64,000 nt of DNA from an uncultured Eubacteriales bacterium (GTDB lineage: Bacteria > Bacillota > Clostridia > Oscillospirales > Acutalibacteraceae): NCBI GenBank assembly GCA_964408605.1, contig CAYPAB010000001.1, positions 7,491 through 71,490 of the forward strand, given 5' to 3'. Positions within the stretch are counted from its first letter, which is position 1; every line of letters begins with the position of its first letter. Position numbers and translations under genes: made by a program. The notes beneath the pieces were generated by a model. That model was given only the letters and a program-made list of their open reading frames with translations, made no database searches and had not been told where the DNA came from. Of this stretch, positions 19,039 to 28,794 are shown piece by piece.

Positions 19039-20267
19039 TGAATACGCAATTAAAGGCTGAAATAATTAACACCGCTGCAACAAAAAAAGAATTCGGAACG
19101 TTTTATCCGAATGTTGCGGCACAGTTGACTTCTTTTTCGGACCTTTCCGTTTATAATTCTTCGGAATATGTTGTTTTTCCCGGTTTTTGCGATGTGCATG
19201 TGCATTTTCGCGAGCCGGGTTTTTCTTATAAAGAAACGGTGAAAACGGGGTGCGATGCCGCCGCTCACGGTGGGTATACGGCGGTTTGCACGATGCCCAA
19301 CCTGAACCCCGTTCCCGACAGCGTCGAAAATCTCGAAATGCAAAGGGATATCATAAAAAACAGCGCCACCGTTAATGTTTATCCGTATGCATCGATTACG
19401 GTCGGTCAAAAAGGTGAAACTCTTTCCGATATGAAAAATCTGGCGGAACGGTGTATTGCGTTTTCCGACGACGGCAGAGGTGTTCAAAGCGAGTCACTTA
19501 TGCGTGAGGCAATGACGGAGGCGAAGCGGTTGGGCAAAATAATCGTTGCCCATTGCGAAGATAATTCGCTTCTTTTCGGAGGGTACATTCACGACGGCGA
19601 ATACGCCTCGAAACACGGTCATAAAGGGATATGTTCCGAAAGCGAGTGGGGGCCCATTGCGAGGGATTTACGCCTTGTGAAAGAAACAGGATGCAAATAT
19701 CATGTTTGCCATATTTCGACAAAAGAAAGCGTCGAACTCATCAAAAAAGCAAAGGCGGAGGGTCTTGATGTAACTTGCGAAACGGCTCCGCATTACCTTG
19801 TTCTCGATGACGGCGATTTGGAGGAAAGCGGTAATTTCAAAATGAATCCGCCGTTGCGTTCCGAAGCGGATAGGCTCAGTCTTGCCGAAGGGGTAGCGGA
19901 CGGCACCGTCGATATGATAGCAACCGACCACGCACCGCATTCCGCCGAAGAAAAAAGTCACGGTCTTGAAAAAAGCGCATTCGGAATAACCGGTCTTGAA
20001 ACGGCGTTTTCCGTTATGTATACGAATTTTGTGAAAACGGGGATTATATCCCTCGAAAAACTGACCGACCTTTTGGCGGTCAATCCGCGTAAAAGGTTCG
20101 GTATTCCTTTGGGAACGGATTATACGGTGTGGGATATCGGCAAAATGTCGTGCGTGAACTCAAACGCATTTCTGTCTAAAGGCAGGTCAACACCGTTCGA
20201 CGGAATGCCCGTATACGGCGAGTGTTTGCTTACGGTGTGCGACGGCAAAGCCGTTTACAAAAAATAA
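19039..20267 (+). CDS. pyrC: Dihydroorotase
   Basis: PGFCDVHVHFREPG (HxH metal site), HCED, CHIS, ATDHAPH. The start is uncertain: ATG at 19039 or 19023. The ORF track begins at 18975. Confidence 0.9.
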
Positions 20268-20306
20268 GGTTAATAATTGAATTGATATATATAGGAGGCT
20301 TCTCGT

Positions 20307-23300
20307 ATGGCAAAGAGAACAGACATTAAAAAAGTTTTGATTATCGGTTCGGGGCCTATCGTTATAGGTCAGGCGGCGGAATTCGACTATGCCGGCACAC
20401 AGGCGTGCCTCGCTCTTAAAGAGGAAGGGTATGAAGTAATTCTCGCAAACTCAAACCCCGCAACAATTATGACGGACACTTCAATCGCCGACAAGGTCTA
20501 TATGGAACCGCTTACATTGGAATATGTTGCGAAGATTTTGAGGTATGAAAGACCCGATGCGATCGTTCCCGGAATCGGCGGTCAAACGGGGCTTAACCTC
20601 GCCATGCAACTTGAAAAGAAAGGGATACTCAAAGAATGCGGTGTTGAACTTCTCGGCACAAGCAGTGAAAGTATCGAACGTGCCGAAGACCGTGAACTTT
20701 TCAAGGAACTTTGTCAGTCCATAGGCGAACCGACGATCCCGTCGGAAATCACATATAATCTCGACGAAGCGATAGAAGCTGCCGAAAGAATAGGATACCC
20801 CGTTGTTGTACGTCCCGCATTTACGTTGGGCGGTACGGGCGGCGGTTTTGCCTCCGATAAAGAAGAACTTATCGAAATAGGCACAAACGCATTCAAACTT
20901 TCGCCCGTTCATCAGGCTCTTATCGAAAAGAGCGTCAAAGGTTACAAGGAAATCGAATTTGAAGTTATGCGTGACTCAAACGACCACGCAATAACGATCT
21001 GCGGTATGGAAAACATAGACCCCGTCGGCGTTCATACGGGTGACTCACTTGTTGTTGCACCTATACTCACGCTTAACTCCCACGACCTTAAAATGCTCAA
21101 TGACAGTGCCATTAAAATAATTCGAGAACTCAAAATCGAGGGCGGATGTAATGTACAGTTTGCTCTTAATCCCGAAACAAGCGAATATTTCCTTATCGAG
21201 GTAAATCCCAGAGTTTCACGTTCTTCGGCACTCGCATCGAAAGCGAGCGGTTATCCCATTGCACGTGTTACGGCGAAGATTGCCGTCGGTATGGCTCTTG
21301 AAGACATCGCAATCGCCAACACCACAGCGGCGTTTGAGCCTTCGCTTGATTATATCGTCGCAAAACTTCCACGTTTCCCGTTCGATAAATTCGCCTCCGC
21401 CGCCAATACTCTCGGCACTCAGATGAAAGCGACGGGTGAGGTAATGGGCATCGGCTCAAATCTTGAAGAATGTCTCCTTAAATCTGTTCGTTCTCTTGAA
21501 ACGGGTGCATATCATTTCTATCTTCCGAAATTCGACGGTATGACCGACGAAGAACTTTTTGAGTATATCAAAGACTTTAAAGATGACAGCATTTTTGCGG
21601 TTACGGAACTTATACGTCACGGTGTGCCGACTCAAAAACTTCATGAAATAACACAAATAACCGAATATTTCCTCCTCTCTTTGAAGAAAATCGTCGATAT
21701 GGAAAACAAACTCAAAGAAAACATCGGTGATAAAGACGTTCTCGCAGAGGCAAAAAAGATGGGCTTCGGTGACAGATTTATCGCAAAACTTTGGGATAAA
21801 GACGAAATCGAAGTTTACAACATCCGTAAAAGCAACGGCATTTTCCCGAATTTCCGTATGGTTGACACTTGCCACACAAATGCCTATATTCCCTACTTCT
21901 ATTCCTCTTATTCGGGAAAAAACGAGTCTAAACTGACAGATAAAAAGAAAATAGTGGTTATCGGTGCCGGCCCCATTCGTATCGGTCAAGGTGTCGAGTT
22001 CGACTATTCGACCGTTCACGCCGTAACAACAATTAAAAAGTCCGGCTACGAAGCAATCATCATCAACAACAACCCCGAAACCGTTTCGACCGACTACACA
22101 ACAGCCGACAAACTTTATTTTGAACCGCTCACTCCCGAAGATGTTATGAATATCATCGAATACGAAAAACCCGACGGTGTTGTAACATCTCTCGGCGGAC
22201 AAACCGCAATAAACCTTGCGGAACCTCTTATGAAACGTGGCGTAAAGATTATCGGTACAGACTGTGAGGCAATCGAACGTGCCGAAAACAGAGACAGTTT
22301 TGAAAAAATTCTCAACAGCCTCGACATCCCTCAACCGAAAGGCAAAGCCGTTACGAATATTCAAGACGGTGTCGATGCCGCAACCGAAATAGGTTATCCC
22401 GTTCTTGTAAGACCCAGTTTTGTTTTGGGTGGCAGAGCAATGCAGATTGTCGCAAACGAAGAACAACTTCGCCACTATCTTAAAACAGCGGTCGAAATCG
22501 ACGAAGATAAACCCGTTCTTGTCGATAAATACATACAAGGTAAAGAAGTTGAAGTCGACGCCATTTGCGACGGCAGAGACGTGTTCATCCCCGGCATTAT
22601 GGAACTTGTTGAAAGAACCGGTGTTCACTCCGGTGACTCCATAAGCGTTTATCCCTCGTTCAGCATATCGGATAAAGTTAAAGGCACGATTCTTCAGTAC
22701 GCCAAAAAACTCGGTTTGGGAATAGGTATTGTCGGTCTTTACAATATTCAGTTTATTGTTGACGAAAACGACTCCGTCTACATCATCGAGGTCAACCCGC
22801 GTTCATCAAGAACGGTTCCGTTCCTTTCAAAAGCAACCGGATACAGCCTTGCGGATATAGCGACTGAAGTCATCATGGGCAAAAGCCTTAAGGAGCAAGG
22901 AATATTCGATATTTATCCGGAGGAGAAAAAACGTTGGTATGTAAAAGTGCCTGTTTTCTCGTTTAATAAAATAAGAGGTCTTGATGCCTATCTTTCGCCC
23001 GAAATGAAGTCAACCGGTGAGGCAATCGGTTACGATGACAAACTTAACCGTGCGCTTTACAAAGCGCTTCAAGCATCGGGAATGCGTCTGCAAAATTACG
23101 GTACCGTTTTTGCGACGATTTCCGACAAAGACAAAGAGGAAGCACTTCCGCTGATTCGCCGTTTTTATAACCTCGGATTCAATATACAGGCAACAAGCGG
23201 TACGGCAAAATACCTTAAAGAAAACGGCATTCGCACCCATGTGCTTAAAAAACTCAGCGACGGAAGTGACGAAATTGCCGATGCTCTCCGTCAAGGTCAC

Positions 23301-23480
23301 ATAGCGTACGTTATAAACACAAGGGATATAGCCTCCAAGAGCCAAACGACAGACGGCATTTTGATAAGACGTTACGCAACCGAAAACAACGTAACGATAT
23401 TTACAGCCCTTGACACCGTTCGTGTTCTTTTGGATGCTCTTGAGGAATCGACGATTACAATTTCGACTATCGACGCCTGA
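20307..23480 (+). CDS. carB: Carbamoyl-phosphate synthase large subunit
   Basis: 1057 aa. Duplicated ATP-grasp halves (KVLIIGSGPIVIGQAAEFDYAGTQA / KIVVIGAGPIRIGQGVEFDY) and a C-terminal MGS-like domain. Confidence 0.97.
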   Translation: MAKRTDIKKVLIIGSGPIVIGQAAEFDYAGTQACLALKEEGYEVILANSNPATIMTDTSIADKVYMEPLTLEYVAKILRYERPDAIVPGIGGQTGLNLAMQLEKKGILKECGVELLGTSSESIERAEDRELFKELCQSIGEPTIPSEITYNLDEAIEAAERIGYPVVVRPAFTLGGTGGGFASDKEELIEIGTNAFKLSPVHQALIEKSVKGYKEIEFEVMRDSNDHAITICGMENIDPVGVHTGDSLVVAPILTLNSHDLKMLNDSAIKIIRELKIEGGCNVQFALNPETSEYFLIEVNPRVSRSSALASKASGYPIARVTAKIAVGMALEDIAIANTTAAFEPSLDYIVAKLPRFPFDKFASAANTLGTQMKATGEVMGIGSNLEECLLKSVRSLETGAYHFYLPKFDGMTDEELFEYIKDFKDDSIFAVTELIRHGVPTQKLHEITQITEYFLLSLKKIVDMENKLKENIGDKDVLAEAKKMGFGDRFIAKLWDKDEIEVYNIRKSNGIFPNFRMVDTCHTNAYIPYFYSSYSGKNESKLTDKKKIVVIGAGPIRIGQGVEFDYSTVHAVTTIKKSGYEAIIINNNPETVSTDYTTADKLYFEPLTPEDVMNIIEYEKPDGVVTSLGGQTAINLAEPLMKRGVKIIGTDCEAIERAENRDSFEKILNSLDIPQPKGKAVTNIQDGVDAATEIGYPVLVRPSFVLGGRAMQIVANEEQLRHYLKTAVEIDEDKPVLVDKYIQGKEVEVDAICDGRDVFIPGIMELVERTGVHSGDSISVYPSFSISDKVKGTILQYAKKLGLGIGIVGLYNIQFIVDENDSVYIIEVNPRSSRTVPFLSKATGYSLADIATEVIMGKSLKEQGIFDIYPEEKKRWYVKVPVFSFNKIRGLDAYLSPEMKSTGEAIGYDDKLNRALYKALQASGMRLQNYGTVFATISDKDKEEALPLIRRFYNLGFNIQATSGTAKYLKENGIRTHVLKKLSDGSDEIADALRQGHIAYVINTRDIASKSQTTDGILIRRYATENNVTIFTALDTVRVLLDALEESTITISTIDA

Positions 23481-23512
23481 TTATTGACGACTGTAATTCA
23501 AAAAGGAAAGTT

Positions 23513-24250
23513 ATGAAACAAAGTATTTTTAAAATAACCGAAAACACACGGCTTACATCCGATGTGTACAAAATGAAACTTTCGGGTGATGTGAGCGAAA
23601 TCACATCATCGGGGCAGTTCGTCAACATTAAGTTGAACGGATTGTATTTAAGACGCCCGATTTCCGTTTGCGACTGTGAAAACGGCATACTTACGCTTGT
23701 TTATAAAACGGTCGGCAAAGGAACGGCGCAAATGGCCGCTATGACGGAGGGGGAAGAACTTGACGTTCTTACAGGGCTCGGAAACGGCTACAATACCGCT
23801 CTTTCGGGCGAAAATCCCGTTCTTTTGGGCGGTGGCGTAGGTGTTCCTCCGCTTTATTTACTCGCAAAAAAACTTATTGCCGACGGCAAAAAAGTCAGCG
23901 TGATTTTGGGATTTAACACCGAAAGCGAAATTTTCTTCGAAGAAGAATTTAAAATGCTCGGTGCCGACGTTACCGTAACGACCGTCGACGGCTCCTACGG
24001 AACAAAAGGTTTTGTTACGGATGCGCTGAAAGATAAGGATTATTCATATTTTTACACCTGCGGGCCCGAACCGATGCTCAAGGCGGTATATAAAGCAACC
24101 GCAACAAGCGGTCAGTTCAGTTTTGAAGAACGTATGGGGTGCGGTTTCGGTGCTTGTATGGGCTGTTCCTGTAAAACGGTTACCGGCTACAAGCGTATTT
24201 GCAAAGACGGTCCCGTTCTTGAAAAGGAGGAGATTTTATGGGCAGACTGA
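23513..24250 (+). CDS. pyrK: Dihydroorotate dehydrogenase electron-transfer subunit
   Basis: 245 aa. FAD/NAD-binding fold and a C-terminal 2Fe-2S motif, CGFGACMGCSC. Confidence 0.9.
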   Translation: MKQSIFKITENTRLTSDVYKMKLSGDVSEITSSGQFVNIKLNGLYLRRPISVCDCENGILTLVYKTVGKGTAQMAAMTEGEELDVLTGLGNGYNTALSGENPVLLGGGVGVPPLYLLAKKLIADGKKVSVILGFNTESEIFFEEEFKMLGADVTVTTVDGSYGTKGFVTDALKDKDYSYFYTCGPEPMLKAVYKATATSGQFSFEERMGCGFGACMGCSCKTVTGYKRICKDGPVLEKEEILWAD

Positions 24251-25149
24251 GTGTTGACCTTTGCGGAATAACTCTCGATAACCCGATTATTCCCGCCAGC
24301 GGTACTTTCGGTTACGGATATGAATTTGCGGAAATTTACGACATAAATGTGTTGGGTACATTCTCTTTTAAGGGAACAACAAAAGAACTGCGTTTCGGTA
24401 ATCCGACACCGCGTATTGCGGAATGCACGGCGGGTATGATAAACGCCGTCGGGCTTCAAAACCCCGGTGTTGAAAAGGTTATTTCCGAAGAACTTCCGAA
24501 ACTGAAAAAATGTTTTAACAAAAAAGTTATGGCGAATGTCAGCGGATTTTCGGTTGAAGATTACGCCTACACTTGCGAAAAACTCGACAAAGAAGAACAG
24601 GTCGGTTGGCTTGAAGTCAACGTCAGTTGTCCGAACGTTCACGGTGGCGGAATGAGTTTCGGCACAGACCCCGATGCGGCGGCGAGTGTGACGGCGGCGG
24701 TAAAAAAAGTAACCGAAAAACCCGTAATCATCAAACTTTCTCCGAATGTTACCGACATTGTATCAATCGCAAAAGCGTGTGAAGATGCCGGTGCCGACGG
24801 AATAAGTCTTATAAATACCATGTTGGGTATGCGTATTGATCTTAAAACACGAAAACCGGTCATCGCCAATAAAATGGGCGGTTTTTCGGGAAATGCGATT
24901 TTCCCCGTTGCCGTTCGTATGGTTTATCAAGTCGCAAATGCCGTTAACATACCCGTTGTCGGTATGGGCGGTGTTTCAAGTGCCGAAGATGTAATAGAAC
25001 TTATGCTTGCGGGTGCCACCGCCGTTGAGGTCGGTGCCGCAAACCTCACAGACCCCTGTGCCTGCCGAGATATAATAAACGACTTGCCGTCTGTGATGGA
25101 TAAATACGGAATAAAAAATCTTTCCGAAATAATAGGAGGCGTAAAATAA
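24238..25149 (+). CDS. pyrD: Dihydroorotate dehydrogenase 1B catalytic subunit
   Basis: NPIIPASGTFGYG, NVSCPNV, GMGGV. Overlaps the end of pyrK. Confidence 0.93.
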   Translation: MGRLSVDLCGITLDNPIIPASGTFGYGYEFAEIYDINVLGTFSFKGTTKELRFGNPTPRIAECTAGMINAVGLQNPGVEKVISEELPKLKKCFNKKVMANVSGFSVEDYAYTCEKLDKEEQVGWLEVNVSCPNVHGGGMSFGTDPDAAASVTAAVKKVTEKPVIIKLSPNVTDIVSIAKACEDAGADGISLINTMLGMRIDLKTRKPVIANKMGGFSGNAIFPVAVRMVYQVANAVNIPVVGMGGVSSAEDVIELMLAGATAVEVGAANLTDPCACRDIINDLPSVMDKYGIKNLSEIIGGVK

Positions 25150-25847
25150 TGGGTAAAGACGTAATAGTTGCATGCGATTTCGCAAGCGCTGAAAAAGTGT
25201 ATGAATTTCTTGATAAGTTTACCGACAGAAAACCGTTTGTCAAAATCGGTATGGAACTTTTCTATGCGGAGGGACCGCAAATTGTTCGTGAAATAAAAAA
25301 ACGCGGTCACAAAATTTTTCTTGACCTTAAACTTCACGATATCCCCACCACGGTTAAAAAATCAATGGCTGTTCTTTCGGGGCTTGATGTTGACATCACA
25401 AATCTTCACGCTTCGGGCACGGTGCGTATGATGAAAGAGGCAATTGAGGGCTTGACCCGTGCCGACGGAACAAGACCGCTTCTTATTGCCGTCACTCAAC
25501 TTACGTCAACGGATCAGGAAAGTATGGAAAAAGACCTTTTGATAAAAGAACCTATCGACAAGGTCGTTATGCATTACGCACTCAACGCGAAAACAGCGGG
25601 TCTTGACGGTGTTGTTTGCTCACCGCTTGAGGCGGGCAAAGTCCACGAAACATGCGGAAAAGAGTTTCTCACAATCACACCCGGTGTGCGTTTTGCCGAT
25701 GGTGATGTCGGTGACCAAAAGCGTGTTATGACCCCCGCACAGGCAAAAGAAATCGGTTCGGATTATATCGTAGTCGGAAGACCCATCACCGCAGCGGATG
25801 ATCCCGTGGCGGCATATAACCGCTGTGTTGCGGAATTTTGCGATTAA
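25149..25847 (+). CDS. pyrF: Orotidine 5'-phosphate decarboxylase
   Basis: VACDF..., FLDLKLHDIPTT (DxKxxD), IVVGRPI. Confidence 0.93.
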   Translation: MGKDVIVACDFASAEKVYEFLDKFTDRKPFVKIGMELFYAEGPQIVREIKKRGHKIFLDLKLHDIPTTVKKSMAVLSGLDVDITNLHASGTVRMMKEAIEGLTRADGTRPLLIAVTQLTSTDQESMEKDLLIKEPIDKVVMHYALNAKTAGLDGVVCSPLEAGKVHETCGKEFLTITPGVRFADGDVGDQKRVMTPAQAKEIGSDYIVVGRPITAADDPVAAYNRCVAEFCD

Positions 25848-25876
25848 ATTGTAAATTGTCTATGGAGGAAAATAAA

Positions 25877-26533
25877 ATGGAAAGTTACAAAAGAGAGTTC
25901 ATCGCTTTTTTAGAGAGTGCCGGAGTTTTGAAGTTCGGTGATTTTACCGCCAAAAGCGGCAGAAAGATTCCTTATTTTATCAACGCCGGTGATATAAAAA
26001 CAGGCGAACAAATATGCAAATTGGGTGAATTTTACGCCAAGGCGTATTTTGAGAAAATCGGCAACAAAAAATCCGTTCTTTACGGCCCCGCATATAAAGG
26101 CATTCCGATTGCGGTTTCCGTTTCGGTCGCTTTGGCGAAAAACGGGCTCGACGTTCCGTTCTTTTTCAACCGTAAGGAGGAAAAAGATCACGGCGAAGGC
26201 GGTGTTTTTGTCGGATATAAACCCGTTGAAGGCGAAGAAGTCGTAATTGTTGAAGATGTAATTACGGCGGGCACCGCAATCCGTGAAAGTATGGCTGTTT
26301 TGTCGAGCCTTAAAGGTGTGAAAGTTGCCGCCGTTTTCGTAATGGTCGACAGAAAAGAAAAAGGTCAAACCGAAAAATCCGCAATGGCGGAGGTCAGCGA
26401 CGAATTCGGTTTCCCCGTTTATTCCGTTGTCGATGTTTACGATATAATCGAATATCTTGAAGAAGATGAAAAGAACAAAGAGAATGTTGAAAGAATCAAA
26501 AAATATTTGGCTGTAAACGGAGCAAAAGAATAA
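25877..26533 (+). CDS. pyrE: Orotate phosphoribosyltransferase
   Basis: GGAGGA RBS at 25865-25870. GDFTAKSGRKIPYF. PRPP motif VVIVEDVITAGTA. Confidence 0.92.
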   Translation: MESYKREFIAFLESAGVLKFGDFTAKSGRKIPYFINAGDIKTGEQICKLGEFYAKAYFEKIGNKKSVLYGPAYKGIPIAVSVSVALAKNGLDVPFFFNRKEEKDHGEGGVFVGYKPVEGEEVVIVEDVITAGTAIRESMAVLSSLKGVKVAAVFVMVDRKEKGQTEKSAMAEVSDEFGFPVYSVVDVYDIIEYLEEDEKNKENVERIKKYLAVNGAKE

Positions 26534-26554
26534 GTCCCGAAAGGAATAATATAT

Positions 26555-27475
26555 ATGAGAAGTCTTATTGATATTCTTGATTTTTCCGTTGAAGAATTAA
26601 ACGAATTGATCGAGTGTGCCAACGATATTATCGCACACCCCGAAAAGTATTCGGAAAAATGCAAGGGCAAAAAACTTGCGACTCTTTTCTTTGAGCCGTC
26701 AACAAGAACAAGACTGAGTTTTGAAGCGGCTATGCTTGAGCTCGGAGGCAGTGTTTTGGGCTTTTCGGAGGCAAACAGTTCTTCCGCCGCAAAAGGCGAG
26801 AGCGTTGCGGATACCGCAAAAACAATCAGTTGCTATGCCGACATAATCGCAATGCGTCACCCGAAAGAGGGCGCACCGCTTGTTGCGGCGCAGAATGCGA
26901 GCATTCCCGTTATAAATGCGGGCGACGGCGGTCACAATCACCCGACACAAACTCTTGCGGATTTGCTTACGATAAACCGTGAAAAAGGCGGATTCGACAA
27001 TTTGACCATCGGTTTCTGCGGTGACCTTAAATTCGGCAGAACGGTGCATTCGCTTATAAGCGCACTTTCAAGGTACAACGGAATCAAAGTTGTTCTTATC
27101 TCGCCCGAAGAACTCAAACTTCCGAGTTACGTAAAAAAGGATATTCTTTTGAAAAACGGTATTCCCTATGTGCAAACAACGGATTTGGAATCGGTAATGC
27201 CGGAACTCGATATTCTTTATATGACACGTGTTCAGCGTGAAAGGTTCTTTAACGAGGAAGATTACCTCAGGCTGAAGGACAGTTACATTTTGGAACCGAA
27301 AAAATTGCACAACGCCAAAAAAGATTTGTGTATTATGCATCCGCTTCCCAGAGTCAACGAAATTTCCGTTGCGGTGGATGATGACCCCAGGGCATGCTAT
27401 TTCAAACAGGTGCTTAACGGAAAATACATACGTATGGCACTTATAATAAAACTGTTGGAGGAGGCAAAAAAATGA
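26555..27475 (+). CDS. pyrB: Aspartate carbamoyltransferase catalytic subunit
   Basis: [22 protein letters not shown] motifs. Confidence 0.95.
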   Translation: MRSLIDILDFSVEELNELIECANDIIAHPEKYSEKCKGKKLATLFFEPSTRTRLSFEAAMLELGGSVLGFSEANSSSAAKGESVADTAKTISCYADIIAMRHPKEGAPLVAAQNASIPVINAGDGGHNHPTQTLADLLTINREKGGFDNLTIGFCGDLKFGRTVHSLISALSRYNGIKVVLISPEELKLPSYVKKDILLKNGIPYVQTTDLESVMPELDILYMTRVQRERFFNEEDYLRLKDSYILEPKKLHNAKKDLCIMHPLPRVNEISVAVDDDPRACYFKQVLNGKYIRMALIIKLLEEAKK

Positions 27476-27888
27476 ATATAGATTCCATTACCAACGGCTT
27501 TGTTATAGATCATATTACCGCCGGCAGAGGTATGCGGATATATGAACTTTTGGGTCTTGACAATTTGGAGTGTTCCGTTGCGATAATCAAAAACGTGCCG
27601 AGCAAAAAACTCGGTAAAAAAGATATAATAAAAGTCGATGCCGAAATCGATATTGATTTCGATGTTGTCGGTTATGTAGACCCCGGCATAACGATCAACA
27701 TAATTCGCAACTGTGAGCGTGTTGAAAAACTTACGGTTGAACTTCCCGAAAAACTCACAAACGTTATCAAATGCAAAAATCCGCGTTGTATCACAACGAC
27801 GGAGCAGGAGATAAATCACGTATTCAAACTCGCAGACAGAGAGAACGGAATTTACCGTTGTATGTACTGTGAAACCAAGGCAAACTGA
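27472..27888 (+). CDS. pyrI: Aspartate carbamoyltransferase regulatory subunit
   Basis: 138 aa. NGFVIDHI and a C-terminal zinc site, CKNPRC...YRCMYC. Confidence 0.9.
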   Translation: MNIDSITNGFVIDHITAGRGMRIYELLGLDNLECSVAIIKNVPSKKLGKKDIIKVDAEIDIDFDVVGYVDPGITINIIRNCERVEKLTVELPEKLTNVIKCKNPRCITTTEQEINHVFKLADRENGIYRCMYCETKAN

Positions 27889-27903
27889 TGCTTTAGCATT
27901 TTC

Positions 27904-27937
27904 AACATATTACCGTAGGCATAATATGTTTTTATTA
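27904..27937 (+). terminator. pyr operon terminator (AT-rich hairpin)
   Basis: AACATATTA-loop-TAATATGTT followed by TTTATT. Confidence 0.55.
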
Positions 27938-27950
27938 TAGTTTATGTGCC

Positions 27951-27979
27951 TTGACACTCATTTGCGGAAATGTTAAAAT
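27951..27979 (+). promoter_or_regulatory. pur operon promoter
   Basis: TTGACA (27951-27956), 17 nt, TAAAAT (27974-27979). Confidence 0.65.
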
Positions 27980-27993
27980 TACAGGGTAAAGTC

Positions 27994-28131
27994 TTGCTTG
28001 CAACTGACGGATAAGGTGCGGATTTTGTTCCGTGTGCCTTGTGGAGCACCACAAAGGAGCAGGCATTTGCCGTAAAGTATTTTTAATGTTTCACGGCGTG
28101 AATTTTGACTTTGAGCCGACCGTCTGGGCAC
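27994..28131 (+). promoter_or_regulatory. ZTP (pfl-motif) riboswitch aptamer
   Basis: P1 is GCUUGC...GCAGGC. Conserved ACUGACGGA and GUGGAGCACCACAAAGGAGC in the 5' subdomain. The 3' subdomain GCCGACCGUCUGGGCA is nearly identical to the Fusobacterium ulcerans ZTP aptamer 3' strand as I remember it. Confidence 0.82.
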
Positions 28132-28168
28132 ACTTGTTCGCTTTGAACAGGTGCGCCCTTTTGTTTTC
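28126..28168 (+). terminator. Riboswitch expression-platform terminator
   Basis: GGGCACACTTGTTC-GCTTT-GAACAGGTGCGCCC, then TTTTGTTTT. The 5' arm overlaps the aptamer's CUGGGCA pseudoknot strand. Confidence 0.8.
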
Positions 28169-28203
28169 GTCGGTGTAAAATGTTGCGTGAAAGGATGTTT
28201 TTT

Positions 28204-28698
28204 ATGAAAAAAGTCGGCATTGTTATGGGCAGCGACAGCGATTTGCCCGTTATCGAAAAAGCAATAAATACACTTGAAAGTTTCGGTGTTCCTTTTGAAG
28301 TCCATATTTTTTCCGCCCACAGAACACCCGTACAGGCGAAGCAGTTCAGCGAAAACGCCCGTGAAAACGGATTCGGCGTGATTATTGCCGCTGCGGGTAT
28401 GGCGGCGCATCTTGCGGGTGCGATAGCGGCAAACACAACGTTGCCTGTCATCGGAATCCCGATAAAATCGCAAAATTTGGGCGGTATGGAAGCACTTCTT
28501 TCGACGGTTCAAATGCCGTCGGGTATACCTGTTGCGACGGTTGCCATAGACGGTGCGGTGAACGCGGCGCTTTTGGCTGTTGAGATTCTTTCGCTTTCGG
28601 AACCCGAACTTGAAAAGAAACTTGCCGACAAGCGTGAGTCGGATACCGCAAAAGTGCTTGAAAAGAATGCGATTGCGGAAGAAAAATATAATTCTTAA
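28204..28698 (+). CDS. purE: N5-carboxyaminoimidazole ribonucleotide mutase (class I PurE)
   Basis: [33 protein letters not shown] (class I-type loop). Confidence 0.9.
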   Translation: MKKVGIVMGSDSDLPVIEKAINTLESFGVPFEVHIFSAHRTPVQAKQFSENARENGFGVIIAAAGMAAHLAGAIAANTTLPVIGIPIKSQNLGGMEALLSTVQMPSGIPVATVAIDGAVNAALLAVEILSLSEPELEKKLADKRESDTAKVLEKNAIAEEKYNS

Positions 28699-28794
28699 TC
28701 GGTTTTTGAAGCGACCGAAGATTGTTCGGGAATTTAAAAACGAAGTTTTCGGTTGCGGTTTAAATTTTAGTTTTAATTATGCAAGAGGTGTATA

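Noticed and set aside
18663-19072. Two small minus-strand ORFs (70 and 68 aa) between the activase gene and pyrC.
   Set aside because: They lie across the divergent promoter region and the pyr leader. They have no RBS and an implausible composition.
21456-22628. Long antisense ORFs in the six-frame track: 390 aa opposite carB, 302 aa at 531-1439, 305 aa at 62886-63803, 230 aa at 43971-44663, 219 aa at 1436-2095.
   Set aside because: Each lies wholly inside a confidently identified gene on the other strand. They have skewed, low-complexity composition (F/R/C/N-rich) and no RBS or recognisable motif. They are typical shadow ORFs.
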